Assembly (NCBI GenBank): GCA_963620035.1
Contig: CAVEXN010000011.1
Span: 149 to 64,148 of the forward strand
Reading direction: 5' to 3'
Length of the DNA stretch: 64,000 bases
From: Oscillospiraceae bacterium
Lineage (GTDB): Bacteria > Bacteroidota > Bacteroidia > Bacteroidales > WCHB1-69
The translations under genes and the position numbers were made by a program. The notes below the pieces were generated by a model. It was not told the DNA's origin, did not search any database, and was given only the letters and a program-made list of their open reading frames with translations. This document shows positions 25,316-35,069 of this stretch, piece after piece (position 1 is the first letter of the stretch; every line of letters begins with the position of its first letter).

Positions 25316-27520
25316 TCAATTTCCTACATCTGACAGATACTTGATACGCATGATACGTACCTCCTCCATCGTATATTCGTCTTCGCCCAGTTCGCGCAAA
25401 GCCAGATCCACTGAATCAGATTCCGCATTGGCAAAATAATCCAGTATCTCTTCCTGATGATACGGCTCTATCTCTTCGTCAATATAGTAGCCGATGTCTA
25501 TTTTCGTCCCGGATGATACAATCATCTCTATTTCTGTCAGCAGTTCGTTCATGTCGAGCCCTTTGGCGATGGCGATATCCTCGAAACTCAACTTGCGGTC
25601 AATGCTCTGGATAATGAAAACCTTGATGGCCGACTTCTTGACCACGGAACGGACGACAAAGTCCTGGGGACGCTCTATCTCGTTGTCTTCTACATATTTC
25701 TTGATAAGTTCAATGAAACGCTTGCCATACTTCTGCGCCTTGCCCATGCCGACTCCGGAAATGTGGGTCATCTCTTCCATAGTGGTGGGGTACTGGATGC
25801 ACATATCCTCAAGCGATGGATCCTGGAATATCACGAACGGCGGTATATTCTCGGAACGTGATATGTCTTTGCGCAGGTCTTTGAGAAGGCTGAACAAAGT
25901 CTTGTCGAAAGCATCTTCAACTCCGCCCACTACAGGGTTGTCCAAATCTTTGTCCTCGTTTTCATCCCCTTCGTTCACAGGCTTGATGGTCTGGATGGAA
26001 TAAGGGTTGACCATATACCTCTCGCCTTTCGGGGTGATTTTGAGCAGTCCATAATTTTCAACATCCTTGACTATAAGGTCGTCGAAGATGGCGAGACGAA
26101 TTATGTTGGACCAGAATTTGGCATCATACTCTTGCCCTTCACCGAACTGCTTGAGTTTGTTGTGCTTGAACTTCACGATGGAAGTGGTCTTGTTGCCCGT
26201 GATGATATCCACGATCTGCTCCTCCTTGAACTGCTGCTTCACCGTCTGGATCACGTCCAACGCCAACAGAATCTGTTCAGATGCATTCATCTTGGCCTTA
26301 GGGTGATTGCAGTTGTCGCAGTTGTGGCAGTTCTCCTCGTTATAGCTTTCGCCGAAATAGTGAAGCAAATGCTTGCGGCGGCAGCTGGTGGTTTCAGCGT
26401 ATGCGGCAGTTTCTGCAAGCAGTTCTTTCACGACTTCCTGTTCGGCCACCGCTTTCTTGTTGGAGAATTTCTCGAGTTTGTGCAAATCCTTGTAGTCATA
26501 GAAAGCGATACATAGCCCCTCGCCGTCATCGCGTCCGGCACGGCCGGTCTCTTGATAGTAGCCCTCGAGACTCTTGGGCATATCATAATGTATCACATAG
26601 CGCACATCTGGTTTGTCGATACCCATGCCGAAAGCAATGGTGGCGACAATGATGTCCACTTTCTCCATCAGGAAATCGTCCTGGTTCTGCACGCGTGTCT
26701 TGGAATCAAGTCCGGCATGATAGGGCAATGCCCTGATTTGGTTGGCTTGCAGGAATGTGGCAAGCTCCTCGACTTTTTTCCTGCTCAGGCAGTATATGAT
26801 GCCAGACTTTCCGGGGTGGCTGTTGATGAACTTAACCACATCCTTGTCAACATCTTTCGTCTTCTCGCGAATTTCATAGTAGAGGTTCGGACGGTTAAAT
26901 GAGGAGATGAACACCTCGGCCTTGAGCATGCCTAAATTCTTCTGTATATCGTTCTGGACTTTCGGTGTGGCTGTGGCCGTAAGTGCAATCACCGGCACTT
27001 TCTGTCCTATTTTGTCGATAATGGCCCTGATGCGGCGGTATTCGGGACGGAAATCGTGCCCCCATTCCGAAATGCAGTGCGCCTCGTCAATGGCATAGAA
27101 GGATATGTCTATATCTTGGAAGAACTGGACGTTCTCTTCCTTGGTCAAAGATTCAGGGGCCACGTAAAGCAGTTTCGTTTTGCCGGCAAGCAGGTCCTGC
27201 CGCACCTCGTTGATTTCCTGTTTTGTAAGCGATGAGTTAAGAAAATGGGCGATGCCGTTCTCGGCGCCGAAGCCGCGGATGGCGTCCACCTGGTTCTTCA
27301 TCAGGGCGATGAGCGGTGATATGATGATAGCCGTACCTTCCTTCATCATGGCCGGGAGCTGGTAGCACATGGACTTTCCTCCGCCTGTAGGCATAATGAC
27401 AAAACAGTCTTTCCCCTTCAGCAAAGCCTTGATGACTTTCAACTGTTCTCCCTTGAATTTATCAAAACCGAAGACTGTTTTCAAGGTCTGGTGAATCTCC
27501 TTATCAGTAAAGTTTTTCAT
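25316..27520 (-). CDS. recQ: ATP-dependent DNA helicase RecQ
   Basis: Helicase motifs MPTGGGKSMCYQLPA, DEAHCISEWGHDFRPEY, TATAT and FGMGIDKPDVRYVIHYDMP. Zn-binding CRRKHLLHYFGE...CHNCDNC. C-terminal HRDC-like region. 734 aa. Confidence 0.95.
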   Translation of the reverse strand: MKNFTDKEIHQTLKTVFGFDKFKGEQLKVIKALLKGKDCFVIMPTGGGKSMCYQLPAMMKEGTAIIISPLIALMKNQVDAIRGFGAENGIAHFLNSSLTKQEINEVRQDLLAGKTKLLYVAPESLTKEENVQFFQDIDISFYAIDEAHCISEWGHDFRPEYRRIRAIIDKIGQKVPVIALTATATPKVQNDIQKNLGMLKAEVFISSFNRPNLYYEIREKTKDVDKDVVKFINSHPGKSGIIYCLSRKKVEELATFLQANQIRALPYHAGLDSKTRVQNQDDFLMEKVDIIVATIAFGMGIDKPDVRYVIHYDMPKSLEGYYQETGRAGRDDGEGLCIAFYDYKDLHKLEKFSNKKAVAEQEVVKELLAETAAYAETTSCRRKHLLHYFGESYNEENCHNCDNCNHPKAKMNASEQILLALDVIQTVKQQFKEEQIVDIITGNKTTSIVKFKHNKLKQFGEGQEYDAKFWSNIIRLAIFDDLIVKDVENYGLLKITPKGERYMVNPYSIQTIKPVNEGDENEDKDLDNPVVGGVEDAFDKTLFSLLKDLRKDISRSENIPPFVIFQDPSLEDMCIQYPTTMEEMTHISGVGMGKAQKYGKRFIELIKKYVEDNEIERPQDFVVRSVVKKSAIKVFIIQSIDRKLSFEDIAIAKGLDMNELLTEIEMIVSSGTKIDIGYYIDEEIEPYHQEEILDYFANAESDSVDLALRELGEDEYTMEEVRIMRIKYLSDVGN

Positions 27521-27595
27521 TCGTCAATTAAAGATTTTTGGTTCTCAATTTCTAAGCGTTTGTTGAGTGATTTCCCTGATTTTGGAAAACGGAAA

Positions 27596-27603
27596 CAAAA
27601 ATA
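27596..27603 (-). promoter_or_regulatory. -7 promoter box TATTTTTG upstream of recQ
   Basis: The minus strand reads ttTATTTTTGtttcc, 76 nt upstream of the recQ ATG (27520) and immediately after the hldD terminator candidate. Confidence 0.4.
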
Positions 27604-27633
27604 AAAAAAAAACGTGCAAGTATATACTTATGC
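27603..27633 (-). terminator. weak rho-independent terminator candidate after hldD
   Basis: Minus strand GCAtaAGTATATACTTGC (12-bp AT-rich palindrome AAGTATATACTT plus a GC clamp with a 2-nt bulge), followed by acg and T10. Confidence 0.35.
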
Positions 27634-27662
27634 CCCAAAATAATGAAATTAAAAAAAGGCTT

Positions 27663-28628
27663 TCAATAAACTGCGTTTTTTGTCAGATATTTGGTCACAT
27701 ACGACTTCACGCCTTGCTCCAAGGGAGTAAAAGGCCGCCGGTATCCGTTACTCCGCATTTTAGTCATATCTGCCTCGGTAAAATATTGGTATTTGTCGCG
27801 GATGTCAGCAGGAATGTCTATAAATTTAATCCGCTGTTCGGCGTGCAAGGCGCGGAAAACCGCTGTGGCGAGCGCCCAAAACGAGCGTGCGCTCCCCGTG
27901 CCGAGGTTATAGATACCGCATGACGGATGGTGCTGTAAAAACCAATAAAGCACCCGCACTACATCCTTGACGTAAATGAAATCGCGGCACTGCTTGCCGT
28001 CATCATATTCCGGATTATGGGAGCGGAAAAGTCGAACTTCACCGGTCTCTTTTATCTGGTTGAACGAGTGGAAAATCACCGAAGCCATACGGCCTTTGTG
28101 GTACTCATTGGGACCATAGACGTTGAAAAATTTGAAACCGTACCAATACGGTGGCATAATGGTCTGTTTCAGTATCCACTTGTCGATCTCGTTCTTTGAA
28201 CGTCCGTAAGCATTGAGCGGCTGAAGTTTTGGGGACAATCTTTCGTCATCGCTATAACCCAATTCCCCGGCCCCGTATGTGGCGGCTGACGAGGCATACA
28301 ACAAAGGAACGCTAATACGGGATGCAAGATGCCAGATTCTCCGGGTAAATTCAACATTCAATTCTTCTAAAACTGCGTAATCCGTTTCGGTGGTATCGGT
28401 ACGTGCTCCGAGATGGATGATGTAGTCAATATGGCCGGCGTTTTTTTCGGCCCAGTCAAAGAAATCGTTGCGTTGGATCTTGTCGACATACTGTTTGTAT
28501 TCCCAGTTCCGGCGTTTTTCCTCTTTAGTGAAGTCGTCGACAAGGATGAGGTCGGAATGCCCCATCTCATTAAGTTTCGCACACATACAACTGCCGATAA
28601 AACCGGCTGCTCCTGTAACTATAATCAT
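27663..28628 (-). CDS. hldD: ADP-glyceromanno-heptose 6-epimerase
   Basis: MIIVTGAAGFIGSCMCAKLNEMGHSDLILVDDF, LYASSAATYG, NVYGPNEYHKGRMASVIFH and RDFIYVKDV follow E. coli HldD/RfaD closely along the full length (321 aa). Confidence 0.85.
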   Translation of the reverse strand: MIIVTGAAGFIGSCMCAKLNEMGHSDLILVDDFTKEEKRRNWEYKQYVDKIQRNDFFDWAEKNAGHIDYIIHLGARTDTTETDYAVLEELNVEFTRRIWHLASRISVPLLYASSAATYGAGELGYSDDERLSPKLQPLNAYGRSKNEIDKWILKQTIMPPYWYGFKFFNVYGPNEYHKGRMASVIFHSFNQIKETGEVRLFRSHNPEYDDGKQCRDFIYVKDVVRVLYWFLQHHPSCGIYNLGTGSARSFWALATAVFRALHAEQRIKFIDIPADIRDKYQYFTEADMTKMRSNGYRRPFTPLEQGVKSYVTKYLTKNAVY

Positions 28629-28644
28629 CTGCAGAAATTTGCTG

Positions 28645-28652
28645 CAAAATTA
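28645..28652 (-). promoter_or_regulatory. -7 promoter box TAATTTTG upstream of hldD
   Basis: Matches TAnnTTTG on the minus strand, 17 nt upstream of the ATG at 28628. Confidence 0.4.
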
Positions 28653-28656
28653 AAAA

Positions 28657-28684
28657 AAAAGGGATGCCCAGCGACACCCCTTTT
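28657..28684 (-). terminator. terminator candidate after porN
   Basis: Stem AAAAGGG / CCCTTTT with a 14-nt loop, flanked by an A-run and a T-run (bidirectional appearance). On the minus strand it is followed by T9. Lies 29 nt after the porN stop. Confidence 0.4.
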
Positions 28685-28712
28685 TGCAATTATCATGAAA
28701 AAGTTCAGTATC

Positions 28713-29651
28713 CTAAAATTCCCAAAGGTCACTCTCGAACGTACGGAGTTTGTCCGTAATCCTTTCCGATTCGAGGCGCTGATCCCTTGAGTTTGCTATA
28801 TAGTCGGCGATGTCACGGTCATAGACATTGGCCTCCTTGTAAATGAAACTGGTGAAATCGCGTTTCCAGGTAAGCAAGTCGTCGAATGAAATGCGTTGCG
28901 CATTATTCTTGACATTATAGACTTCCTGTTTGGCGAGGAAAGGGCGAAGTTCGTTGTAATAGATGTACCCTACCCTTTTCTTCATCATGACCCCTCTGAC
29001 ATCCTCGTCGCCGCTGCCCTCATCGTCATAAGAAGAGGCGCTCTGGCGTTCATGTTCAATGATGGGCTCGATTTCAAGAATCTGGACGAAGAAACGGGAA
29101 GCCTGTTTGTCGAAATACCATATCTCTTTCACATTGTATGAAATGACCTGTTTCGGTTCGTATTCGACAATCATCTCTTTCATGCCGATTTCCTCACCAG
29201 TTTCGAGGTCGATTTCAGGGATTTGGGACACTTCGGAGAGGTTTCCCCTCAATTCATCCCTTGAAAATGGGAGTGTACACATCTCATCGGAATAAATCGG
29301 AAGAACGCCTTCTGTCTTTTCAGGGTTCTGGACATCCATGGCGTCAAAAATCACCTGCGAAAGACTTCTCCATGTTCCTTTGGTTTCGGTGGGGAAATAG
29401 AGCGGGTGGTTGATTTTCTCACGCAAGTCGATGGTTCTCCAAACGGTATAGTAATACATAACGTCGGCCTGACGGACAGATGGATATGCCACAGGGTCTG
29501 AAAACTCGCCCACGTCAACCTGTTCCCAGGAGAACTCGACAGGCTTGCGCACCGGCTGGTTCATGGTGCTGCCTGTAGTCTCTTCTTCTTCCTGTGCGAA
29601 GATCGAAAATGAAGCCGCAAGGGCTAAAAACAACAAACTGAACTTTTTCAT
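28713..29651 (-). CDS. porN: T9SS ring protein PorN/GldN
   Basis: Signal peptide ...SFSIFA|QEEEE. GldN signature VRQADVMYYYTVWRTIDLREKINHPLYFP. Last gene of the porPKLMN order. Confidence 0.9.
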   Translation of the reverse strand: MKKFSLLFLALAASFSIFAQEEEETTGSTMNQPVRKPVEFSWEQVDVGEFSDPVAYPSVRQADVMYYYTVWRTIDLREKINHPLYFPTETKGTWRSLSQVIFDAMDVQNPEKTEGVLPIYSDEMCTLPFSRDELRGNLSEVSQIPEIDLETGEEIGMKEMIVEYEPKQVISYNVKEIWYFDKQASRFFVQILEIEPIIEHERQSASSYDDEGSGDEDVRGVMMKKRVGYIYYNELRPFLAKQEVYNVKNNAQRISFDDLLTWKRDFTSFIYKEANVYDRDIADYIANSRDQRLESERITDKLRTFESDLWEF

Positions 29652-29673
29652 AATAAAGGGTAGTTTTAAAAAA

Positions 29674-31308
29674 TTATCTGATACGTACAGAGAACTCGTC
29701 GAGTGTACGAGTACCTGCTTCTGAAGAAACCTTGATGTCTGTGAAATAGATCACGGTATTGGCCGAGGCCTTCTTGATTTTGTTTTGGACAGTTTCGGAA
29801 AGTGCGCCGCCTTGACAAGCGATTGCAGGGTCTTCCATGCCTTTGCTGACAAAAATAACTCTGAAAGAGTTGACTTTCCATTTCAGGTCATAGGCGAAAT
29901 CCTCACCCATTGTTGCGCGGATAACCGGATTGGCCGTAAGTTCAGCCTTGGCGCGTTTGCCTCCACGAATACCGGCACCGAGCACGGCACGGGGATCCGG
30001 GACTCTCTTGACACGGAATGTCGTAGCACCAAGGTTCTTGCTTGCAGCATCACCTAATTTGGCTGAAACAGTAGCATTTACCGTCTTGCCGATCATGTTG
30101 GCCGGTACAGACACGTTGAACTTGCCGCCGCCGGCATTGGTGACATTACAGCCCGGGAAAGAGACGCTCAACTTGCCGGGATCGACAGGGGCTGAAACAG
30201 AAACAGGGTTTGCGATGCCTGCATAAAGCACATTCATCTTCTCCGCAGCAATGGTTGCCGAAGGTTTCAGGACTGAATATTTGTCCTTGAAGCCATAATA
30301 TTTAGGCTGGCCGTTCGGGTCCATGATTTTGATGAGGCCTGCATATTTCTGGTCTCCCGGATTGCCCGCCGAAATCTTCAGTTTCACGATGCCATTCTCG
30401 CCTTCCAACTTGGTAGCGGAGGAGATACCGTCTTCCGTCAGCGTGTCGACTCCCATCTTGTAGTAAACCTCAGGGGTCTGCTTGGTATCGTAAGCGGCCA
30501 CGATGATGTCTGCCTCATAACTGTCGCCGGAGAACACCATTCGGGAATTAGGGATGGCACGACCTGACACCTTGTCGAACTTGAAGTCATCGGCACTGAT
30601 GGAAGACTTGAGGTAAGCAAGCATGACGGACTCGGCGTTGCGTATTTCGCCGATTTCCTTGTTCAAGAGTGTAACAGCGGCCGCTGCGATGATATGGTCG
30701 AAGTTATGCTCTTCCCAGCTCTGTTCAAACCCGTCTTTTTTGTATTTCGTGTCGACATCCAGCCCGACCAATGCGCTGATTCTTTCCTGGTCTGCGGGTC
30801 TTACCATCTTCAAGATATTGGATTTGTATTCTTTGATCTTTTTTTTCATAGCAACGGCGTTGCCTTTGTTGATCATGAAATCCGTAGGTTTGTCGAAGTT
30901 CTCCTTGGATTCCATCGTGGCGATGGTCTTTGCCTGTTTCACTTTCTTGCCGTCATCTGTTTTCACTTCAGCAAGAGTGTCACCATCAACATAGAGGATA
31001 AGGTCACTTCTCAACTTCTCAATATAATTGACGATGTCAGTGGTCTCTTTCCTGAGGGTTTTGGCTTTGACGTATGCGTCATGGATTTTGGCTTCGCCCA
31101 AAATCAGTTTCTGTTGTTCAAACCAGTTGTAGTCGTTGCCGTTTTGTATAGTAGTGTTTCGCATACTTGTCTGCAGCGTGTCGTCCACCACGATGAAAGC
31201 ATTGAGGATATCTGCGGATACGTTCAAAGCCAACATTGCGGTATAGACCAGATACATCATCTGGATCATTTTCTGTCTCGGGGTCTCCGGACAATTTGTT
31301 GCTCCCAT
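29674..31308 (-). CDS. porM: T9SS motor/shaft protein PorM/GldM
   Basis: The N-terminus ETPRQKMIQMMYLVYTAMLALNVS matches the conserved GldM TM region. 544 aa. Confidence 0.9.
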   Translation of the reverse strand: MGATNCPETPRQKMIQMMYLVYTAMLALNVSADILNAFIVVDDTLQTSMRNTTIQNGNDYNWFEQQKLILGEAKIHDAYVKAKTLRKETTDIVNYIEKLRSDLILYVDGDTLAEVKTDDGKKVKQAKTIATMESKENFDKPTDFMINKGNAVAMKKKIKEYKSNILKMVRPADQERISALVGLDVDTKYKKDGFEQSWEEHNFDHIIAAAAVTLLNKEIGEIRNAESVMLAYLKSSISADDFKFDKVSGRAIPNSRMVFSGDSYEADIIVAAYDTKQTPEVYYKMGVDTLTEDGISSATKLEGENGIVKLKISAGNPGDQKYAGLIKIMDPNGQPKYYGFKDKYSVLKPSATIAAEKMNVLYAGIANPVSVSAPVDPGKLSVSFPGCNVTNAGGGKFNVSVPANMIGKTVNATVSAKLGDAASKNLGATTFRVKRVPDPRAVLGAGIRGGKRAKAELTANPVIRATMGEDFAYDLKWKVNSFRVIFVSKGMEDPAIACQGGALSETVQNKIKKASANTVIYFTDIKVSSEAGTRTLDEFSVRIR

Positions 31309-31370
31309 TTTCTATATTATTAATGTAAGGTTAGGATTAAATTGAGAAAAATGATTAAGATGATTCAAAA

Positions 31371-32093
31371 CTATTTGCCGGGGTGAACGCCCATGGCAGC
31401 CAGCATATTTCCGTAAATGGTGCTGAGAGAAGAGATGTTCTTGGTCAGTTTGTCCATTTCGGCCTTGTAGTTGGTGGTCTGCTCGTATGCGGCCGTCAAC
31501 TGGTTCACGGCATTGGTGGCTTTCTTGAGGCTTTCGAGGTAAGCAGACGAAGCGTTGCTGTCGGTTTCGAGAGAAGCGGCTACTTTGTCGTATTTGAGAG
31601 TGAGGTTGCGTACAGACTCGGCTGCCTTGGTCATGTTGCCCACGAAGTTGTCCGTCGCAACTGCGGCATCAGAAACGCCAGCAAGTTTCTTGGCATTGTC
31701 GCTGAGGTTTCTCATACCGGTGGCAAGACTTTCAATCAGTTCGGGCCCGATTTTGGCTTCTTCGAGCATCTTGTCGAGTTGTTGGGTGGCGCTTGCACCT
31801 TGCATCTGTTTTTTCTTCTCTCTCTTCGTAGGTTCTGCCTGTGTCTCTTCGCCGGTGGCAAGTTCAGGATATACCAAAGACCAGTTGAACTCAACGTGAG
31901 GCGGTTCAAATGCGGACAGGAAGAAAATCACACTCTCCGTGAACATACCGACCATAAGCATGGCATTTGCGCCAGGCCAGTGAAGAATTTTGAACAATGC
32001 ACCTACAATAACCACTGCGGCACCCCAACCATACAGTTTCGCCATAAAGTTCTTGTACCCGTTAGTTCTAACTAATCTGTTAATTGCGTTCAT
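31371..32093 (-). CDS. porL: T9SS motor protein PorL/GldL
   Basis: YGWGAAVVIVGALFKILHWPGANAMLMVGMFTESVIFFLSAFEPP is near-identical in pattern to the GldL TM hairpin. 240 aa. Confidence 0.9.
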   Translation of the reverse strand: MNAINRLVRTNGYKNFMAKLYGWGAAVVIVGALFKILHWPGANAMLMVGMFTESVIFFLSAFEPPHVEFNWSLVYPELATGEETQAEPTKREKKKQMQGASATQQLDKMLEEAKIGPELIESLATGMRNLSDNAKKLAGVSDAAVATDNFVGNMTKAAESVRNLTLKYDKVAASLETDSNASSAYLESLKKATNAVNQLTAAYEQTTNYKAEMDKLTKNISSLSTIYGNMLAAMGVHPGK

Positions 32094-32142
32094 TTTTTAA
32101 ATTAATTTAGATTGATGATTAATAATAGTGATTTTTATTTTC

Positions 32143-33582
32143 CTAATAAACATGCGAAGCGCTCTGTGAAGAGTTGTCACCTCTCTGACGCCCCATGAAA
32201 GCCTGAACGTTGCGGAACCCGACGTATGATTTACAGGTGTCCTGATATTCGTATGACCTGGCATAAACAGTCGTGTAGTAGCTGACATCCTTCCATGAAC
32301 CGCCGCGAATGACCTTTCTCTTCTTGGCCGGGGAGTCGTCCTTGCGGGCGTAATAAGTGTATTGCGGGTTCATGTCATGCGTGAAGTTTGTTGCAGACTT
32401 GTCATAGGCATCTTCGCACCATTCAGCCACGTTGCCGCTCATGTCAAACAGTCCCCAGTCGTTCGGGTAATAGTGGGCCACAATTCCCGGATAGAGGTTG
32501 TCGTCGGCGATGTAGTTGCCGCGCTGGGGCTTGAAGTTGCTCAGGAAGCATCCGTTGCTGTTTGTGGTGTATGGACCGCCCCAAGGATAAGAGGCGAGGG
32601 AGTTTCCGCCACGGGCTCCCCATTCCCATTCGGCCTCTGATGGCAGTCTGAACTCATGCTCGTTGGCATATTCTTTCGTGGAAAGCCATGACATGCGGAG
32701 TTGTGTCCTCCAATAAGAGAAAGCCTTTGCCTGCTTCCAGCTGACACCGACAACGGGATAGTTGTCGTACTGCGGGTTCGAGAAATAGTTCAGAACCATA
32801 GGCTCGTTGTACGAATAGACAAAATCATGGGCCCAGCAGAGCGTGTCAGGATAGATGTTGACCACTTCGTGCTTTATGAAGCGCTGGTAACCCGTCCCAG
32901 CGCTGCTCGGACGGTTGCAGTAAAGACCGCCGTAGTCGGATGCCTCTTTGTCAAACTCCTTGGCAGATGCTCCGAACTCTTCCGGGTTCTTGGGGTCGCG
33001 GTAATTACGGAAGTCGTACCACCAATACTCGAAATTATACATAGACACGTTAGTCGTATTCGGGCGGTAATGGTAAAACCGTGTGTTCACCTTATTGAAA
33101 AGCGGGCTTAGTGCGGCCTGGACCTCCTCATTGTCGGAATCCCACGGAATCTCTTCTTTCCAGTTGATTATCTTAGGTTCTATCACCTCGCCCTCATTCT
33201 CGCCCTTCTCATATTTCTTGTAGTGCCCGTATTTCTCGGCATCCTCGATTTCGGCATCTCCCAGCAGGACATGTGCAATCGAGTCGCGTACCCAATGGAC
33301 AAACTGGCGGTACTCGTTGTTCGTGATTTCAGTTTCGTCCATCCAGAACGCACCGACCGTGACGTTCTTGGACTGCTGTGTCAATGCGAACGGGACATCC
33401 TGGTCGCCGCCACCCATAACGTAATGGCCAGTCGGTACATACACCATTCCGTACGGTTCGAGGTCAACGAAGTCAGGACGATCCTTGACTCCGACCAGCT
33501 GGCCGTCTCCGCCGCTGTTGCAAGACGACAGCACGACCATCGCCACTGCGAGCATAATAATTAACCTTTTCATCTTTATCAA
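32143..33582 (-). CDS. porK: T9SS lipoprotein PorK/GldK (FGE-sulfatase/SUMF1 fold)
   Basis: Lipobox VVLSS|CNSGG. GQLVGVKDRP...PYGMVYVPTGHYVMGGGDQD. C-terminal RGGSWKDVSYY. 479 aa. Confidence 0.9.
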   Translation of the reverse strand: MIKMKRLIIMLAVAMVVLSSCNSGGDGQLVGVKDRPDFVDLEPYGMVYVPTGHYVMGGGDQDVPFALTQQSKNVTVGAFWMDETEITNNEYRQFVHWVRDSIAHVLLGDAEIEDAEKYGHYKKYEKGENEGEVIEPKIINWKEEIPWDSDNEEVQAALSPLFNKVNTRFYHYRPNTTNVSMYNFEYWWYDFRNYRDPKNPEEFGASAKEFDKEASDYGGLYCNRPSSAGTGYQRFIKHEVVNIYPDTLCWAHDFVYSYNEPMVLNYFSNPQYDNYPVVGVSWKQAKAFSYWRTQLRMSWLSTKEYANEHEFRLPSEAEWEWGARGGNSLASYPWGGPYTTNSNGCFLSNFKPQRGNYIADDNLYPGIVAHYYPNDWGLFDMSGNVAEWCEDAYDKSATNFTHDMNPQYTYYARKDDSPAKKRKVIRGGSWKDVSYYTTVYARSYEYQDTCKSYVGFRNVQAFMGRQRGDNSSQSASHVY

Positions 33583-33622
33583 ATTTATGTTTTTTCTAAC
33601 GTTGAATATGCCGGTTTATTTT

Positions 33623-34675
33623 TCAATACTGATTTTTATAGATGTAACGCGTTGACCCATAGCCCGAGAATATTTCCGGCTTGTATATGTCGAAGCAATA
33701 GCGAACCATGACTTCAATGTCGCCGAAACTGCGGTTTGGCCTGTAACCCAATTTGTTGGCCGTAATGCCGTAACTGAATGCAGCCTCCAAACCCTTGAGA
33801 TAGACGTTGGAAGAATTGTAGAACGGGCGTGCGCCGAAAATAAGGTTGATGTTGTCGTTGATGCGGTAGCCTGCGCCGCCCCAAAATACTCCGTTGTACC
33901 TTACCAGTCCCATAATGTCTATCTGGTAAGTCTTGAAATCCGTCTTCACCATCGCATAGGGCATCACTTCCCAACTCGGGTTTGCCGGCACTATCCACGT
34001 ATAGCCGCCATGCACATACATTTGCGGAGTGCGGTTCACGGAGTTCTTCTCGCCCGAGACTCTCAATGCATGGTTCTTGTCGAAAGCGCTGGCAATCTGC
34101 GTGAAACTGAGGCCGGCATGCCATTGGTCGCATTTGTACTGGACCCCGAAACTGAAGTCAAGGTCCATCGTCGATTCGCCGAGGTTGTCTATCACCGGGT
34201 CGCCGGTCTGGATGGGACGGAAACCGTCCTTTGAAATCGTCTGGTTGTAGAGCGAGGCCTGCAGACCGATGCCCAAATGTCCGCCCGCAATCCTCAACTT
34301 GTACGAATAACCGAGTTTGACACCTATGTTGTTGTAGTATCCTATCACGTCGTTGACCAGCGAAAAACCGATAGAACCTTTCAGTTTCTTCAAATATGAC
34401 TCTATGTTTATGAGGATATCGTGCGGCGCAGTCTTGTCTTTCTTCAACGAATCCCCGTTCGTGTAAACATCACTCCATCCCATGTATTTATTATTGTAAA
34501 GAGCGGTAAAGCATAGCGTATTGCTCTGTTCGCCAATGGCTCCGGCATTGTAATAAGAAGAAGCCCACGGGAAAAGCGTAAATTGCGCATCGTCCTGCGC
34601 ATAGCAGGCTTTCTCGGCTGAAAGGACAAACACAAGCAGAATTGTACATCGGATTATACGAGACTTTATAAACAT
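33623..34675 (-). CDS. porP: PorP/SprF family T9SS outer-membrane protein
   Basis: Signal peptide ...KACYA|QDDAQFTLFPWASSYYNAGAIG (the PorP/SprF N-terminal signature QxDxQFS/T...yNPA). Beta-barrel-like alternating pattern ending ...YIYKNQY. First gene of the porPKLMN order. Confidence 0.85.
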   Translation of the reverse strand: MFIKSRIIRCTILLVFVLSAEKACYAQDDAQFTLFPWASSYYNAGAIGEQSNTLCFTALYNNKYMGWSDVYTNGDSLKKDKTAPHDILINIESYLKKLKGSIGFSLVNDVIGYYNNIGVKLGYSYKLRIAGGHLGIGLQASLYNQTISKDGFRPIQTGDPVIDNLGESTMDLDFSFGVQYKCDQWHAGLSFTQIASAFDKNHALRVSGEKNSVNRTPQMYVHGGYTWIVPANPSWEVMPYAMVKTDFKTYQIDIMGLVRYNGVFWGGAGYRINDNINLIFGARPFYNSSNVYLKGLEAAFSYGITANKLGYRPNRSFGDIEVMVRYCFDIYKPEIFSGYGSTRYIYKNQY

Positions 34676-34820
34676 AGTTCTGTTTTAATTACCTTAAACA
34701 TTTGTCGTACAACATGTTATTCTTCATTCTCCCGATTTTATGACTTTAACTCAATACATCTTTTACCATACTACAACAATTAAGTTACATGCTGTAATTA
34801 CATTTCCTTTTTTAAAGCGC

Positions 34821-34828
34821 CAAAAATA
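34821..34828 (-). promoter_or_regulatory. -7 promoter box TATTTTTG, candidate promoter of the porPKLMN operon
   Basis: The minus strand reads cgTATTTTTGgcgc, 146 nt upstream of the porP ATG, inside a stretch of about 30 % GC (hand count of 34681-34790). Confidence 0.4.
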
Positions 34829-35069
34829 CGATTATTTTTTATTTGCAATACCGCTTGTGTTTTTTTATTTTCCATTGGCGACTGGCCACCGCTTGCTCAA
34901 ATCCTCCGCTTTCTCCACTTCGGTACAATCCGTTGTGTTTTCCCCACACACTCGTTTAATCAAAAAAAACTTCATTTTGTGATTTTTCGACTGAATCATA
35001 TACTAATTTTTATAAAAAGGCGTTTTAACCTTGACAAGACATTTTATTCATTTTAAACAATCAACAAAT

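Noticed and set aside
34740-34982. An 80-aa ORF in the porP upstream region.
   Set aside because: It lies in DNA of about 30 % GC that more likely holds the porP promoter and leader. The translation is Phe/Tyr/Leu-rich as expected from AT-rich sequence, and there is no start context or motif.
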